Below are positions 31,953 through 34,821 of a DNA stretch of 34,821 nt, one piece after another. The notes below the pieces were generated by a model. The model was not told the DNA's origin and did no database searches. It saw only the letters and a program-made list of their open reading frames with translations. Origin of the DNA: Octopus bimaculoides (Eukaryota); NCBI RefSeq assembly GCF_001194135.2, contig NC_068983.1:106578633-106613453 (forward strand), read 5' to 3'. Made by a program: the position numbers and the translations under genes. Every line of letters starts with the position of its first letter. Position 1 is the stretch's first letter.

Positions 31953-31973
31953 GCATGGGAACCAGCTTATATT

Positions 31974-32034
31974 GTGTGCTGCCATCTGTTGGTGTGCTAC
32001 TGAACTAGTCCGGGAATGTTTTGATACCAGCTTG
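31974..32034 (-). mobile_element. Probable mariner left-end fragment
   Basis: Minus TA|CAAGCTGGTATCAAAACATTCCCGGACTAGTTCAGTAGCACACCAACAGATGGCAGCAC resembles mariner termini (TA..TCAAAAAGTTCCCGGACT) from recall. Confidence 0.45.
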
Positions 32035-32583
32035 TATACATCATATTTTTTAACAAATCTGAAGAAGGATCCTTTATGTGCTTACATGAATATTAGTAAT
32101 AGCAACAAAATATCCCTTAAATCCTATCCTACCATTTTGAATATGGGAAGATATATTAAATAAACATAGTCCTAGCAAAACCATGTCTAAAAATAAGAGA
32201 GATGATGGTCATGGTTGAAATGTCTTTAATCATAGTTCTGTTGTATTTTATCTGAGGCTACACAACATATGTATCTCTTGTACATTTACACATATGCATA
32301 TATATTTACACATACATACATACATACATACATATATACAGTAGTTTAGAAATTTATATGCATAAAACTCAAAGCGAATAAACATACAAACAATATCTTT
32401 ATCTATATCTAATCTATATTTATAGGCATATGTTTATGGCCATGTGTATACTGACAGGCACACACGAACTCCACCATACATCTGAGATGGATACATGTGT
32501 ATAATGCAGGATGAGTATGAATCATGATAGATCTAATTATCTTGTCATTAAACTGTCTTAATTATAAATCCTTGTACATGAAC

Positions 32584-32644
<61 letters not shown>

Positions 32645-33792
32645 CACACACANNNNNNNNNNNNNNNNNNNNNNNNNNNNNNNNNNNNNNNNNNNNNNNN
32701 NNNNNNNNNNNNNNNNNNNNNNNNNNNNNNNNNNNNNNNNNNNNNNNNNNNNNNNNNNNNNNNNNNNNNNNNNNNNNNNNNNNNNNNNNNNNNNNNNNNN
32801 NNNNNNNNNNNNNNNNNNNNNNNNNNNNNNNNNNNNNNNNNNNNNNNNNNNNNNNNNNNNNNNNNNNNNNNNNNNNNNNNNNNNNNNNNNNNNNNNNNNN
32901 NNNNNNNNNNNNNNNNNNNNNNNNNNNNNNNNNNNNNNNNNNNNNNNNNNNNNNNNNNNNNNNNNNNNNNNNNNNNNNNNNNNNNNNNNNNNNNNNNNNN
33001 NNNNNNNNNNNNNNNNNNNNNNNNNNNNNNNNNNNNNNNNNNNNNNNNNNNNNNNNNNNNNNNNNNNNNNNNNNNNNNNNNNNNNNNNNNNNNNNNNNNN
33101 NNNNNNNNNNNNNNNNNNNNNNNNNNNNNNNNNNNNNNNNNNNNNNNNNNNNNNNNNNNNNNNNNNNNNNNNNNNNNNNNNNNNNNNNNNNNNNNNNNNN
33201 NNNNNNNNNNNNNNNNNNNNNNNNNNNNNNNNNNNNNNNNNNNNNNNNNNNNNNNNNNNNNNNNNNNNNNNNNNNNNNNNNNNNNNNNNNNNNNNNNNNN
33301 NNNNNNNNNNNNNNNNNNNNNNNNNNNNNNNNNNNNNNNNNNNNNNNNNNNNNNNNNNNNNNNNNNNNNNNNNNNNNNNNNNNNNNNNNNNNNNNNNNNN
33401 NNNNNNNNNNNNNNNNNNNNNNNNNNNNNNNNNNNNNNNNNNNNNNNNNNNNNNNNNNNNNNNNNNNNNNNNNNNNNNNNNNNNNNNNNNNNNNNNNNNN
33501 NNNNNNNNNNNNNNNNNNNNNNNNNNNNNNNNNNNNATATATATATATATATATATATACTGACATAAACATACTAGTTTGTTATACATGCCGTGTATTG
33601 GCAGAGTGCTATTTTAATAATTGACCAAAGTATAACTAATCATTTGTTGATTAATCCATTGGTATAACATTTACACTGCTATCAAAACACTTTGCTAGCC
33701 AGGTTCTTGCATGGAATGTTGCTGAGATAATCACCTGGATTTAACTTATCTGCTCAATTATCATCATCATCATCATCATCATTATTATAGTG

Positions 33793-34078
33793 AAAATGCA
33801 TGTCCTTGTGGTTAGGGTGTTGCACTCATGATCACAAGATTGTGGTTTTAATTCATAGACAGGGTAGTACGTTGCGTTCTTGAGCAAAATACTTCATCTC
33901 TGTAATCTCTTTGACACCTGACGTATGGCACACTGTGCACTTGTTCAGGCAACGTCGATTTGATGGAGGGAGTGAGTTAATGTACAGCACATACATTTGA
34001 TCACTATAAACAAATCATTTGTGCAGGTCGTTTGCCAAAAGTTGAACACTCATATGTCATCTTTGACAGGGAAGTCCA
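33793..34078 (+). mobile_element. tRNA-derived SINE (another family)
   Basis: Head TGGTTAGGGTGTTGCACTCATGATCACAAGATTGTGGTTTTAATTC followed by GTTGCGTTCTTGAGCAAAATACTTCATC, similar in layout to the family D head. Confidence 0.6.
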
Positions 34079-34209
34079 TCATATACATACAAACTATGGT
34101 CAACTTAATGAATATGTGTTTTTGGTAAGCATACAACTCAGAGCTTCAACTATTTAAATGCCAAGAAACAAGGAATCTTATATTCTCTTGATATCTCTTA
34201 TTCACATTA

Positions 34210-34510
34210 GACTCGGTTTTTGCTTGTCTTTCTTTGAACTTTGAAACCAGACATCCTAACATTGTATGTGTAGTGAGCCAATTAGTTCAATATCTGATCC
34301 AGGGAAGGAGCCTCTGTGAAGTCATCTGACCTACAAGAAGTAACAACCATATATTCCTCAAATTATAACCTTACATTTTTTTTTTAAAGTGTGACATATT
34401 GCACTATACAGCTTTACCTCTGTCTGAAAACAAGAGATAAAAGGATCACGACTGAAATGCTTGTGATCATAGACCTGCTTGATCAGGGTTGACCTGGTGC
34501 TAAACAACCA
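34210..34510 (+). repeat. Unclassified interspersed repeat, probably a LINE/SINE 3' end
   Basis: Ends CTGCTTGATCAGGGTTGACCTGGTGCTAAACAAC with a (CAA)-type tail. Recognition by recall only. Confidence 0.35.
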
Positions 34511-34821
34511 CAGTTTATTCATAACCATGCACAATTGAACTATTGATTCTTTGCTGTTGCATACACCAATGTATTGAAGCTATGTACACATATAAAATTA
34601 TATTTATATTTTAGATCATGTCACATCAGGATTTATTGGCCATGAATACATCTGATGTTTGTTGATTTTGTCCAAGAAGGATTTGTTTTGTTTTTATGAA
34701 GGGAAAGTATAAATTTTCATGGCAAGGTTGACATTTTGATGTGTCCATTACATCAGTAATATTTTCACGTGCATCATTCTGCTCTCAGAAGTAATAACTT
34801 TATATATATATATATATATAT

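Noticed and set aside
31976-31993. CTCF-like motif (minus CCAACAGATGGCAGCAC)
   Set aside because: It is better explained as part of a mariner-like terminus, and a motif match alone does not show binding.

Overview
AT-rich, repeat-saturated eukaryotic DNA with long (CA)n, (TA)n, (TAA)n and (CAT)n microsatellites. There are six large N gaps (5946-6412, 9480-9708, 22957-23484, 28556-29303, 30852-31629, 32653-33536). The SINE and LINE repertoire resembles what I recall from octopus genomes; this is inference, not checked. I find no supportable host protein-coding exon: nearly all supplied ORFs are microsatellite, N-gap or transposon artefacts. The recognisable content is decayed mobile DNA: many RTE-clade LINE pieces, two R4/Dong-like LINE ends, two or three Penelope-like GIY-YIG fragments, mariner fragments, nested TTAA/piggyBac-type MITEs, several tRNA-derived SINE families, and a 240-bp TG...CA LTR-like insert. 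The most notable feature is an apparently intact type I hammerhead ribozyme on the minus strand (31863-31952). It heads a short ORF-less repeat with a second copy at 28402-28555, which suggests a Penelope pLTR or a retrozyme-like element. Three decayed hammerhead-like relics occur elsewhere in the window. All family assignments come from motif recognition by eye, not database searches.
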